DNA of 64,000 bases from Lama guanicoe (lineage: Eukaryota). The position numbers were made by a program, and so were the translations under genes. The first letter of the stretch is position 1, and every line of letters begins with the position of its first letter. Of the stretch, positions 35,520-48,744 are shown piece after piece. Under the pieces are notes generated by a model. It was not told the DNA's origin. It saw nothing but the letters and a program-made list of their open reading frames with translations, and did no database searches. The stretch is taken from contig MU054187.1 in NCBI GenBank assembly GCA_013239625.1, forward strand, positions 20,711,280 to 20,775,279, in the 5' to 3' direction.

Positions 35520-35740
35520 ATGATGATAATAATGAATATCCACTGAAAATTCACTGTGTATCAGATACTAGGCTAATTAGCTCACGCACATCATTATATT
35601 TAATGCTAAAACAAATATATCAGGTAGGCACTCTTATTATCCCCACTTTACAAATGGGGACACTGACTTTTAGAGAAGAGCAGATGGGGCCAAGAAGTGG
35701 TGAAACTAGCATTCAAATCCAGTCGGGACTTTCATGGTTT
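35520..35740 (-). mobile_element. MIR SINE
   Basis: AGGTAGGCACTCTTATTATCCCCACTTTACAAATGGGGACACTGA...GCATTCAAATCCAGTC. Confidence 0.8.
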
Positions 35741-35854
35741 AAATTACTTGGTTCTTCTGAACAACTAAATGGAAACCTTTTACATTATTGAATTAAAACT
35801 GACCACCACCGTTTGGCAGATAGCATATAAATAGTGAAGTATAGTAATCACGTT

Positions 35855-36010
35855 TTGTTACTTCATACATTTTATGATGCCTTGACATCTTAGGGCCTTG
35901 CACATCCAGGGAGGGGCTTCACCTCCTAGAGTTGGTAAATTTGTAGGGATAGCAAACAATTTGCCTGTGAGTAAGTCTGTGCTATGTAAACCAACGAACC
36001 CTAATACCAT
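35855..36010 (+). mobile_element. MER74-like ERVL LTR 5' fragment
   Basis: GATGCCTTGACATCTTAGGGCCTTGC...GATAGCAAACAATTTGCCTGTGAG...ATGTAAACCAAC resembles MER74 (recalled consensus). Confidence 0.6.
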
Positions 36011-36023
36011 CTGGGGTGTCCTA

Positions 36024-36664
36024 CCGTTAGTCATTTAATAGCCCTCTCCGTTAGGGTATTTGATCAGCTTCCCAGGTATCATAGTGCTTGTGTTCAAGTA
36101 ACCCTTATTTTATTTACTTAATAAAGACCCCAAAGCACAAGAGCACTGTTGCTGGCAATTCAGATATGCCAAAGAGAAGCCATCAAGTGTTTCCTTTAAG
36201 TGAAAATACGAAAGTTCTCCTTTTAAGGAAAGAAAAAAGATTGTATGCTGAGATTGCTAAGATCTATGGTGAGAACAAATCTTCTATTCCTGAAATTGTG
36301 AAGGAAAAAAAAACTCATGCTAGGTTTGCCGTCACACTTCAAACTGTAAAAGTTATTGGCCACAGTGTGTGATAAGCGCTTAGTTAAGAAGGAAAAGACA
36401 TTACATTTGTACAATAAGATATTTTGAGAGACAGGCCACAATCACATACCTCTTGTTACAGTATATTGTAATTGTTCTCTTTTATTATTAGATTTTGTTC
36501 TTAATCTCTCACTATGCCTAATTTGTAAATTAAACTTTATCATATGTATGTATGTACAGGAGAAAATAATGTAGTATATCTGGAGTTCAGTCATCTATCT
36601 ATGGTTTCAGGCACCTACTGGGAGTCTTGGAAGGTGTACCCCATGGATAAGGGGGGGACTGTTG
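36024..36664 (+). mobile_element. MER44 / Tigger7 (Tc1-mariner pogo-like) DNA transposon, 5'-truncated
   Basis: Transposase N-terminal HTH remnant MPKRSHQVFPLSENTKVLLLRKEKRLYAEIAKIYGENKSSIPEIVK. Right terminal inverted repeat (TIR) GGATAAGGGGGGGACTGTTG. Confidence 0.9.
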
Positions 36665-39600
36665 CACTTTTCTATTAGAAAACATTTTATAGAACAGGAA
36701 ATAAGGCTATTATTATTAATTGTATAGCCATAGTTCATGTAGGTTTGGGTCATAACAACGTAATTCTCCAGTCAGGTTAAAAATGTTAGTCTGCTGCATA
36801 TCTGCTTTTGAAAATAATCTTTTATATAGGTTGATAAGTTAATTTTTTCCCATAACAAGAATGGATGGCTGCTTCTGCTCTAAAGCTTAAATAGACCCAT
36901 CCACCTTCTTGTCACATGAGAAGAGATGATTCCGATCCAGTGATTTCTGGATCTCAAGTGCGACACTGTACCAAAACATTATACGTACAAACATTCACTT
37001 CCTCAGATGGAAAAGCTTTAGGTAGAAATTTGTGACAATTATACTAACATTAAGCTTTTAATCCTCATGTTAGTCTAATACTCGATGCTAAAGCGATGGA
37101 AAATGACACTTTCGCTTTCCTCCTTAGCCATGAATGATACTGTAGTACAACCCTTATCCATTACTCTGTCACCGTAATTAATGAGGTCATCCCAATATCA
37201 ATGCATGTGGTTGAATAGCACATGATAAAGAATCAGAATATGGTAATGAATTCCAGCAGAATCATATTTTAAAAGTGTAATTGTTCCAGTTGTATTTCAT
37301 AGTTACGTGGATTTTTGTCTAAATGATGGACAATAAGGTGTCTGCTTGCACTTAAACGGGCTATAAGTTGAGAACTGAGTAATTTCTACAAGCTTATTAT
37401 TACTGAGACTTGGATCATCTTAAAGTCTGAAGGTCTTGTACAATCAAATAGGGGAATACAAAATATTAATTAGATGGATGAAGGCTTCAGCAGTGAAAAT
37501 GTCTGCACTTGAGTAATGATAATCACCAAATTTAGCAAAAGAGCATGTGTTTTATTACAGCCTCGAATTCTTTCATGTGTATACATGGAATCTTCTAGTC
37601 TTTCTGTTTCATGACAAGATGAAAAATACTGTCTGTGTAAAAAGAACAAAATCCCATCCCAGTCCCAGTGAAGTCTCCCAACTTACTTATAATTTGATAA
37701 TATTACAATGAGGAATATTGTGTGTAAAGTGTCTAGCTTTCCCTTTAACCTTTCATTAAGAGTCAAGATTCTTTCCACAGAAGATGACTGCATAAATCTG
37801 GGTAAAAGATATAATGACACATTTTTTTACAGAAATGAAGTCTGAAAGAGCCCCAAAATAAATTAGAATTGATTGAAACAGCTTTTCGTTTAAAACTGTT
37901 AAGAAATTTCAAATTTTGAAGTTAAACATTGAGGTTCCAAATTTTTTTCTATTTAATCTCAGCCAAAAATGTTATGCTAGAAAGTACTGTAAAGTTTTCT
38001 GTACACTAAATTCTATTTAGCACAGATCTAGACCCATAATGGAGGGCAAACTATTCTAAATTTGGGGAACCTACACATGAGCTAAATTTGGGAAGTCAGG
38101 TTTGAATTCAACACTAGAAGAAGCTTGCAATTTTCTCTATATAGCCTTTCAAACCACAGGGTTATTCACTTTATTCTATCTTTAAAAAAAATGGAACTAT
38201 TCTCCATTGAACATTAATCCAGCAATAAAAATAATAAATAATTTTTTATGTTCTGTTGCTGTCAACAACCTATATTAAGTACATGCAATGCAAGTACCAT
38301 GAATAATTTCAAATGAGGAGTTTCTGTTTTGAAAATAATTAGTACATATTAATTTTTCCTAGTATGTTTTAAAACTATTTGAAATACTATTTAAAGAAGC
38401 AGTAATTCATCATAATTTTATCTGGGAAAATGATAAAGTAAAATTGAACTTTGTTTAAATATGAGGGAAAATTATACCTAAAGAATTCTTCTTTTTAAAA
38501 ACCTCCTAAGTTGTTGAGATAATCACATTTTTAAAAGTCATCCTTGTCAAGTAAATGTAAAACATTTTACAGTTATCTTGACTTAATTTTTCCTATAAGA
38601 CCTGTGCCAAAATAAAGTAGTTCTTCAGCTCTATTAGAATCATTGATTATTTAATGAAGGGATAGCTTCTTGTCAAAGTGAATATATGCAAAACTGTGTG
38701 TTTTCATAAGGGAATTTACTAACACAAAGTTGATAACCCTTGTCCTAGGAAACTGATAAGAAATATTATTGGCTGTGATCTGAATGGCTGTGATTACACA
38801 GGAATAACAACAACAAAAAGTGAAAACCCAGAAAGATAGGGCTTTTGCAATCAATATATGGAAAGAGTCAGACACAAAATTTTTGATTGACTCTGAAAAT
38901 GTGTTCTAAATTCTCCTGCTGCCTTTTTGATAGAAATCAATACAATCTTTGGCCAACACATCAATCCTTTGAATCCAGATGAGCTCAGACAGCCAATCAG
39001 ATGTCAAATAATTTCACCTCTAAGGTTAAAAATAGTATCACAGAAAAACATTCTTTATAGCTTCTAAGTTTCACTTATTTAAGCAGCAACTAAATATAAC
39101 ACCCATAAATAAATAAATACAGATAAGTACTTAAAAGCTACCAAGCATGCTCTCTTAATAATTGATCATAACTACTCTTTTATTTTAGTAACATTTTTTA
39201 TCTTTGTTCACCAAAACTTTTGACTTACTATTTTATCTCAAGTTTCACAGATACTTATGTCGCTCATTTTATTTATTATTTTGACATTAGGAATTTATCT
39301 TTAATATGGATTTCTGTGACTTCAGAAGTCACAATCTTAGGGGCCAAAAAATTTCAAGAAACTCACCATGGTGAATCTTGAAAGTATGTAGGATCTTATA
39401 ACTTTTCAGCAGTGTCTGGAAGGCTTACTTGACAGCTACTTAATGAAATGGGTTTGCAATTGATTATTAATGGAATTTTTTATGTTATCCTTTACCAAGT
39501 ACATTTTCTTTTATTTTTACCATTTATTAGATATTTCTATTATGTGCATATGTTCAAAATTCTTAACCAAAAAGAAATATTCATCATTGTTTATGGAAGA

Positions 39601-41164
39601 AAATCCATCTTTTGATTAATTTTTTATCTGTGCTTCCAACAAACTGTTCATAGTAAATGCTTGCTGGCTAAATTTATTTTAGGTTCAGAGCTTTGCATAC
39701 TCTCCACCTGTTCTACTTTACCAAGTCCTTCAAAAATCAAGAAAATTCTATTTGTCAATCACCAGATCCCACTATTAAAGTCAAGTAATAATTTGAAGCA
39801 AATTAAATCCAAAACAAGATAAGTCAGGTGGTTACATTTGTTACTTAAGTTATGAAATACCATTAAGTTAAAGGTGTTTTGATCACCTTATCTATAAAAG
39901 TGTCCCCAATAAGGGCTTATTGAGTAATCATTATCAAAATAGAGAGAGAGACACTTTACAGTTTGTATTTTCATGTAAATCAGCAACATAGCATCAAAGA
40001 ACATTTTCTGTTCTTTTCTTGGGTAGTGAAATAAAGAGGAAAAATATGCTTGTTTTCAAAGAACCTTGTTGCACCCCACAACTAAACATCTCTAAGTAAT
40101 TGCTAAAATTTTCTCATTCATATTATTATAAACAAAGGTTTATTCATTCTTTAATTTTTTTCCAAATAAATTTAAGTTTGATCCAACGTCGTGGATTTGG
40201 TGAACTTTCTAAACACCTGCTCTGTGTGTAGATCGTTTTTCTTACCGAGGATGAATACCCTCCTTATAAGTAGGTTTATTCTTTTGTTTCCTTTCTTTCA
40301 TTCTCTGGTTAAAAGTAGTTTCTCACACTTCTTAATTCATGAGGTATCAAATTGTAGTCAGAAGGGCCAATATTTTACAAGCTACTGTTAAGATTATCAC
40401 TCTCTGCTTCTAATAAAAATGTGCTACTGATGTTCATTTCATTACCAGTACAGATGCACACTTACACCTATTTCTTCAACATTTCCTATTCTAAGAGTAA
40501 ATTACACAATGCGCATCACCAAGTATAAACATCCTGCAAAATGCCCCTGATGTCACTGCAGCTCGCATGTTTTATTCTTACCACTTCAAGTGATGGATGT
40601 TTCACATATGCAGCACAAACTGATTGAAAAATCTGACTGATGTTAAGGGTTATTAAATAGTAAAACTAATTTAATTATAAGAAAAATGATGTATATTCTT
40701 TCAGCAGAACATTAAGTCTGATTCTATGACTGCTGTTAATTGTTTAAAAAGGGAAGGTATAATATAACTTGCTTATATTGAAAATGGATTCACCAAAATT
40801 CAAGATATAATGAAATCATTTAAAATTTTGAAGCTGTTGAACTCACATCAGATCAATATATTGTCATCAAACAATAATCAATACAGTAAATTTTTCAAAT
40901 GCCCTAAATACTTATAATAATACAATGAATGGGAAAAAATTTTCTTAATATACATGGCCGCTCCTATTCCACCATGTCTACTCTTGTTTTCCTAATAATT
41001 CCAAGCTCTCCATATGCACTATTTTTATAAGCTAAACATTGATTTACACATACACAAATACATAGAGTCAGGTGAGAAAAAATCAAGAATCATACTTTCC
41101 AATTAAAATCTTTTCATCATCCATGCCTTACCTATCTTTCATCTTTTCTGAGCTATCACTTCCA

Positions 41165-42021
41165 ATTATTATTATTATTATTAAAGAAATGCAAACCAAA
41201 ACTACAATGAAGTACCACCTCATACCAGTCAGAATGACCATCATTAAAAAGTCTACAAATAACAAATACTGGAGAGAATGTGGAGAAAAGAGAACCTTCC
41301 TACATTTGTTGATGGGAATGTAAATTGGTGCAGCCACTGTGGAAAACAAGATGGAGATTCCTTAAGAAACTAAAAATAGAGTTGCCATATGATCCAGCAA
41401 TCCCACTCCTGGGCTTATATTCAGAGAAAACTTTTAATTTGAAAAGATACATTCACCCCAATGTTCATAGCAGCACTATTTACCATAGTCAAGATAAGGA
41501 GACAACCTAAATGTTCATTGACCGAGGAATAGATAAAGAAGATGTGATACACACACGTACACACACACACAATGGAATACTACTCAGCCACAGAAAGAAT
41601 GATATAATTCCATTTGCAGCAACATGGATGGACCTAGAGATTATCATACTAAGTGAAGTAAGTCAAAGACAAATACCATATGGTATCACTTATATGTGGA
41701 ATCTAAAATATGACACAAATGAACTTATTTATAAAACAGAAACAGACTCACAAACATAGAAAACAAACTTATGATTAACAAAGGCAAAAGGGAGTGAGGG
41801 AGGGATAATTAACAATTTTGGGATTACCAGATACAAACTACTGCATATAAATAGAGAAACAACAAGGTCCTACTGCATAGCACAGGAACTATATTCAATA
41901 TCCATAATGGAAAAGAGTGCAAATAAGAATATGTATATATATGTATAACTGAATCAGTGTGCTGTACACCAGAAACTGACACAATGCTGTAAATCAACTT
42001 TACTTCAATAAAAATAATAAA
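41165..42021 (+). mobile_element. 5'-truncated L1 (ORF2 C-terminus plus 3' UTR), cetartiodactyl type
   Basis: [54 protein letters not shown]; 3' UTR ends AATAAAAATAATAAAA. Degenerate TSD TATCACTTCCA / TATCATTTACA. Confidence 0.95.
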
Positions 42022-43646
42022 ACAGTATATCATTTACATTTTGTGTGCTAATATCCCAATTTATTCATAAAACTGCAAGAGAAAATACATGTGAAATACG
42101 TTTTTGCATTTTGTATTTTGTTTAATACATTAAAAAAATACATAAGTCAATACATAAGAAAACAAAACATCTGATAAAAGAAAGCTCATGAAAAAGCGAA
42201 GTAATAATTTTATTCTAAAGTGTTTGGTGGCTATACCAATGGTAAAAGAAAATGAACATTTAAAAAAATCATTGGGTTTAAAAGATTAAAAGCATTATCT
42301 TGGTTCATGAGTATAATCTTCCCCCTCCCATCCCTATAACATTTTTTTAAAGACCCTACATTATGTGGGAGGTCGTATCCTTCAAAAAGTCATTGCTATA
42401 AATAAAATCATAAAATTTAAATTTTATACGAATTGTGATGTGCATATACCTCAAAGCAATCTCAGAGCAAAATGACCACACTTCAAATCAGTAGAGGCAA
42501 ATCCATGAAGGTCAAAAGCATTATAATCTAAAAGCTGAAGTTCTCTGAAGATCTGGCTCAATCCAGCCTTAGCTCACTCACACTCTGTCTTTCTCTTTCT
42601 CACTTGATATATATATTTAAATATATGTGTGTGTGTATGAACATTTATACAGACACTCATTTATGTATATTCATTTATACTATATATACATAGGAAAACA
42701 TACATTTTGGAATATGTACATTAAGGCAGAAAAGTATACACTGTATCGAAATGATATGCTCTTTGCCGAGTGACTGATAAATTTTGCAAAACTCAGATTG
42801 ACCACGGGTTGATGCTTGGAATCTAGTGGTATGAAATAAAGGGATATGCAGAGTGAGGTAAAGGATACCTCTCCTGTCTACTCCCACGGCTTTGCTCTTT
42901 CCTCTGTCACGTTATATCCTTACTGTCTATTTACCATCTCACACAGAATGAAATCAAGAACTTTCATTTCAACCCTCCGAAATCAGAACATTGGTTAGCT
43001 CGCAGTAGATGCTTATAAAAAATTTCTGAATCACTTAATCAGTGGGTGCTTTAGGGGTGTAATACCAGGTAATACCTGTTGGAAATGTGAACATTCATGG
43101 ACAGAACACACAGTGGGAATGAAATAAATGAAACATTTTTTTTTCCCTTTCTTTCTCAAATGAATTGTATGATGAGGTTCACAAAATATTTTAAAGTACA
43201 TATAAAGAATTAGGAAATGCTGTCTTTAAATTGTTGAAATAGAACACAAATCTGGTTTGCACTTATAAGACATTATTAAATAACTGAAAATTTTTGAGAA
43301 GCAGATACCAGGAATAAAAGGAAACTTAATCACATTCAAGAACCATTTTAAATGGTGATTTTGGTAAGCACAGGTCTAGAATTAGGTCAATATGAGGTCT
43401 TTGTATTATTGTCACAGAAGAGAATTGAAAAATGAACTTCTATAACTGCGTTAGTTGGGACCTTGCTTTATAATATATCTTCATATTATTGTAAGACTGT
43501 GTTGCTTTAATGGCTTAATTGTGAATACTATCATTCATCATTTACAGTTCCCGAGTTGCAACATGAGAGAAATCAATGTGCATGAAAGAAGAGAATCATA
43601 AAAAGTGCAGTGATCACAGGCAATAAAATATAAGGTGATAGATTAC

Positions 43647-43674
43647 CTTGGTCCCGCCTAGTCTCATCCTAGCA
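43647..43674 (-). other. Candidate 28-nt microexon (unidentified host)
   Basis: Minus strand TGCTTATTTACAG|TGCTAGGATGAGACTAGGCGGGACCAAG|GTAATC; GC-rich island within AT-rich, repeat-free flanks. Confidence 0.3.
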
Positions 43675-44632
43675 CTGTAAATAAGCATGCTAGTGAATGC
43701 TCTTTTTTCCTGCATTTTCATCCAAGTAAAATGAAATGAGAAGTTGACACCTTATTTTAAATAGATTCTGGTTTATCTTTGGATGTTTGCATGGGCGAGA
43801 TTAACTACCTATCTTTCACACCATTATTCATTTCTATTTACATTTGCCATGTTGAACTTGTTAGTTCGTTTGCAATACCCTTGAATATGTTGGTATATAG
43901 AGTCTTAGGACCTGAGCAAAAAAATCGATAGGCCACTTGAGAAATCAAAGTAGGCAAGGAGTAGGTAAGAATTTAATGCGAATAGAAAAATTAGTTTGGC
44001 TATGGATTTTCCCTGACAAGGAGGCTCCATGAAAACAGAAAAAGTAATCAGTTTTATTCACCATTGTATTCCCAGTGTCCAGCATTGAATGTGGCACTTA
44101 AAAAACCTGAATAGATATGTATTGAATTAATTTTGAGAGTCACCAGCATGGTGGAGTAAGCTTTATCAGTCACAGAGCAGGGACATCTGTGAGCTACCTT
44201 CTGATACACATTGAAGAGAATGTACAAAATGCATAAGGCTCATTTACAATATATCTGCTCCATGAAAATTCTGGAAATGCAGAGAATAAATACTTTCATT
44301 GTGTTATGGGAAAAGGGGCACTTTATTTTTTTGAGTCAAAAGAAATTCAAGAGAATATTTTAATGCATTTCCTCTTGGAAAGTAGCTGGTGGATACCTTC
44401 TGTGTTGCAGCATACCAAATTACTGTGTGAGTTGCTGTGAAACAGCATACTGATCTGTCCTGGCTGGCCAGATCCGTAGTATTTCCTCACTGCGTGCTTA
44501 ATGAGAGGTTCATGATGATGGGGGAGATGAGGCACTTTGTTACCATCCACTGATCCTTGCACCTTTAAAGGTGATTTATCCTCAGCCTGTCTTGAAGCAG
44601 CTCCTGGCTGTAGGCTTCAATGCCAAAAGATT

Positions 44633-44990
44633 TTCATATGTCATCAGTTATATTTGGAATTTTAAAAAAAGATACAAATTCTATTTACAAACCAAAAACA
44701 GACTGATGGACATAAAAAACAAACTATGGTTACCAAAGGGGAAAGGGCAGGGAGAGATATATTAGGGGTTGAGAATTAACAGATACACATAAATATATAT
44801 ATATATATATATAATAGATAAACAACAACGACCTACTGTGTAGCACAGGGAACTATATTCAATTTCTTGTAATAACATATAATGTAAAAGAATCTGAAAA
44901 GAAAAACCATATATGTATGTATATGTATAACTGAATCACTTTGCTGTACACCTGAAGGTAACACTGTAAATCAACTACACTTCAATAACT
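44633..44990 (+). mobile_element. Short L1 3' UTR insertion
   Basis: AACAAACTATGGTTACCAAAGGGGAAAGGG...GCACAGGGAACTATATTCAA...AAATCAACTACACTTCAATAA; homologous to the 3' part of 41165-42021. Confidence 0.92.
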
Positions 44991-45019
44991 TTTTTTTTTA
45001 ATGAAGATTCAACTTCTTA

Positions 45020-45202
45020 CCAAGCCACTGTGTGGGTGTGTGAACTGTGAAGTCACAGGGCTTCACACTTAGAAAGGCTTCATATTTGGTTTAGAGATCA
45101 GCTGTTACGATCTTGACATTTTTAATATTTTTAAACAAAGGACTGCATGTGCTCCCCACTTTCGTTTAGCCCCGGTCCCCGCATACTATGTAGCCTTGCC
45201 TG
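45020..45202 (+). mobile_element. MER45A-like hAT (Tip100) MITE
   Basis: GGGTGTGTGAACTGTGAAGTCACAGGGC...TGGTTTA...TATGTAGCCTTGCCTG resembles MER45A along its length. Confidence 0.7.
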
Positions 45203-47429
45203 AATATTTAGCCTGGCATCCACTCCTTTTTAACAATCCTTTCCAACCTCATCATCCACTAACCCCACCCTTAAGTTCCTGAATTAATTAAGTTCACTGC
45301 ACTTACCACTCCTCACAGGTCACTGTCTTACCCTTCACTTTGTACCCTCCATCTGGTGGGAATACTGGCACCGCTCTCCACTGCCTGGCTGATTCAGGGC
45401 CAGCTCAGTACTGAACTTCATGAAGCTAATCTGACCATGCAGAGACAGCGAACTTCTCTGACCGAAAATCTACAGCATCTTTCACTTGTTGTACCCATTA
45501 AACAGTTACCTAATTTTGTTGTGTCTTGTTATCTTAATTTTCCATAGATGGTTGTCAGTGTACCCAATTCAGTACCTCCTTAAAGACAGGAATTGCCATT
45601 TGTTAGGCCCCACTATGCTTATTAAAGTGCTTATCACAGAATTGCTAGTCAATTATTATTTTGACCAAAGAATTAAGATGAGTAAATTATCCTAAAGTAT
45701 CTGTTTACAATATTCAATGATAAGCCATATGGAAATTGCCTAAAGTAGCCTGTATGAAATTATTCCTCAGAGCAAAGGAAAAGAGAAACACATTTACAAT
45801 TTGAGGGGAAATTTTTTTAAAACATATGTAGTTCAAAATTTACTTCTAAATTATCTTTGTTTTATCTAGTTTATCTATGCCTTATTACATAGCATTTATC
45901 TTCAAAATTGACTCTAGTCTTTCTAGCAAAATTTCTGGACTATTACCTTTTCTGTCACTGGATGCCTAATTATTCAATTTATACTCAAAATTAACCATGC
46001 ATGACAAGCTATTTCTTTCTCCTTTTAACACCCTACCTAAATCCCCTGGTTATTCTTAATGACCACCATACCTTTTCCAGGTCCCAGAACTGACAGCTCT
46101 TGTTTTAATCAGGAATCTGTCCTTGTACCCCATAGAGATAAATCCTCCTTGCTATTCCTATTGCCCCATTGTCTCTTAGTCATGTCATATGATGTTTGCT
46201 CCATCTGGAACCACAATAAACGAGATTATATCTTCTCACCTGCTCCCTTCACCTTGCCCAAATGCCTTCCCTTGTCAGCACACATGAAGACATCTATTGC
46301 ACCTCCTCTCTCTTCTCTACAGAGTCACTAGGGATAGTGTTTCCAGATCTTTAATGAATTTCCCCAGAAAGTTTTCAAAATGGAAAGCCCTGGATTCTCC
46401 CAAGATGGTTCTGTAAGTATGCCACTGTCTACACAAAACACATCTAAAGAAAAAAAGCAAAAGCAACTACAAGTTAGCACTGCTGGTCTGGCTCATTGAC
46501 TTTACAGCATGAATGCTATAAAACATAAGTTCATCCAGTCCAGTAGATCCAGTGTCACTTCATGTCACGTTGCATCCTTCATCTTGCTTTCTGTTAATGA
46601 AATTGCAGATTTATTTATATTTCATGAACACACAAGTGTTTAACGTAAATAACTGAAGAACAAATAGAAAATAAGTTTTAAAGATTAGTGGCACTGAGAT
46701 TGACTTTTAAAACTATGTTGCTTGATTGCATTAGCATCAACAAAAGTACAAAATTTCTTTGCTTTGTATTGGCCACGTTCCTTGCAAATTTCAAAAGACA
46801 TATACAAATAAAAACTTGGAGGAATTCTTACAATGCATAGTGAGGCAGGGTATCTTTTTCTCGTAACAGCCTTCATAGCATTACCCAGTGTCAGCAGGTA
46901 TATGTAAAAAGCATTTTAATTGTGGTAGTTTATAACAAACTAAGGAGATAAAGCGCATGGTATCCTATTTAATGTTGACACAATTATTAACCAGGCTCAA
47001 ATTTTTTTGAAAAATAATGCATTGATCACTTCACCAACATCAAAGAACATGCAGCTAAAAGAATATAATTAGAGTTTGATAAATAGAGTTATTGATAGAA
47101 GCTGCAATTTTGTTCTACTTTTCACCATGAATTATTAGTCTTATACTTCACATTCCTCATATCAAAATCCCAGTAGTTACATTTTCAGAAAAGCCAATAT
47201 TTAATTTTTGCTGCTTAAGTAAGTCATTAAATAGGCAGAACCTAGTCTATGTTAATTAACAACTATTTAGTCTAAGCAACAGAGTCCAAGTATGTGGGAA
47301 GCATCTTTATTTTCAAATATATTTAAAATATTAATTAAGCTCTCTAAACATAGCAAAAAGCAAAGGTTCCCCCTAAAAATATATGTTTTAGAATGACATT
47401 TTAGACTGAAGTTTCTAGACAAGGTTTCT

Positions 47430-48735
47430 CCACTTTTAGCCTGCACCAGGAAGCCCGCCTCCCAGAACGCTGGGTTTTGAAGGCCAGGGAGTTTACTTTT
47501 GGGAGAGACAGAGGGTTGTGGGGAATAGAAACTCTGCTCTTAAAGGGCACGCACAAAATCTAACACCCTGAGACCCACGGCAGAAGCAGTAGCTTGAAAG
47601 GAGACTGGGTCAGATCCATCTGCTGATCTTGAAGAACGAGCTGCTTGGAGAGGCCGGAGGCAACTGAGTTCTCCCTGGCGACACAGACTCCAGTGAGAGC
47701 CATTTTGGCGAGCACGCTCCACCACGAGGACACTGGTACTGGCTTAGAATCCTCCCTCTGGCTTATTATCCTCGCTCTGGCTTATAAGCCCCAGGACCCA
47801 GACCTAACCACCGGCCTTTCCACACCATTACTGGGATGGCTCAAGTCAGGCAGCTGGCCAGGCAGGGATACAGCCCCGCCCACCACCAGGCCAGCTGCCC
47901 GGGACTCCCTGGGCACCCTGGGACCCTGTCCATTCATGAGAGGGCCCACCAGTGCACTGTAAGTTGCCCTGGGAGATCTTGAGCCCTGCAGCCAGCCATC
48001 AGGACCTGGCCCACCCACCAACAGGCCAAGACCACCTCCAGGAGCCCTAGGCCCTGCAGCCAGAGACCAGAACACACTCTGCACACCACTGGACCAGAAC
48101 TAGCTTCAGGACAGCCACAGCCCCACAGCCTTCCATGTCAGGATCCAGTCTACACTGCCAGCAGGCCACCACCAGTGCTAGGATGCCTTGGGCCTCTCAG
48201 TCACCCCACCAATGACCCAGCCCCATCCACCAGCAGATCAACACCAACCTTGGGGTATCTCAGACCTTGCAGCCAGCTGTGTCCATAACTGGTGTCACCC
48301 ACCAGTGGACCAACATCAGCACAGGGCCCCCCAAGGCTCTGTAGCCAGATCGCCTGGGACCTGACTCTGCCCACCAGCAGGCTGGCACTAGCTTCAGGAC
48401 ACCCCTGCCAGGCCATAGCCTGGCCCACCAGCAGGCTGACACCAGCTCCAAGACACCTTGGACTCCTGATCCAGCTGCCCCAGAATCCAGGCCCATTAAA
48501 CAGTGACCTGACACCAGCTTTGGGACTCCCAGGATCTCACAGCCAGCTCCATCGGAAACTGGTAGGCTGACACTGGATCTGGTAGCCCTAGGCCCACAAT
48601 CACTCACCTGGAACCTGGACCCAGCCACCTGTGGGCCAGCACTAGCCCTGGGACTCCTGGTGCTCTGCATCCAGCCACTTCATGACCCAGAACTGCCCAC
48701 CAGCAGTTGGAGCCTCTGCCCAAGGGAGAGCAGCA
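47430..48735 (+). mobile_element. Isolated L1 5' UTR fragment with a ~71-72-bp degenerate tandem array
   Basis: CTCTTAAAGGGCACGCACAAAATC...GGCAGAAGCAGTA...GCCATTTTGG block is typical of cetartiodactyl L1 5' UTRs. CCACCAGCAGG-type unit recurs near 48015, 48085, 48157, 48227, 48299, 48371, 48425, 48625 and 48697. Confidence 0.78.
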
Positions 48736-48744
48736 AGAAGTGAA

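Noticed and set aside
36088..36372. Domesticated pogo/Tigger transposase gene
   Set aside because: Only the N-terminal HTH remnant normally carried by MER44; no DDE domain.
44347..44562. Exon or processed pseudogene fragment
   Set aside because: Weak splice sites and no recognisable homology in any frame.
47980..48710. CRISPR-like or coding tandem array
   Set aside because: Mammalian DNA; units are diverged along their whole length with no repeat-spacer structure and sit in L1 5' UTR-type sequence. The overlapping ORFs reflect high GC.
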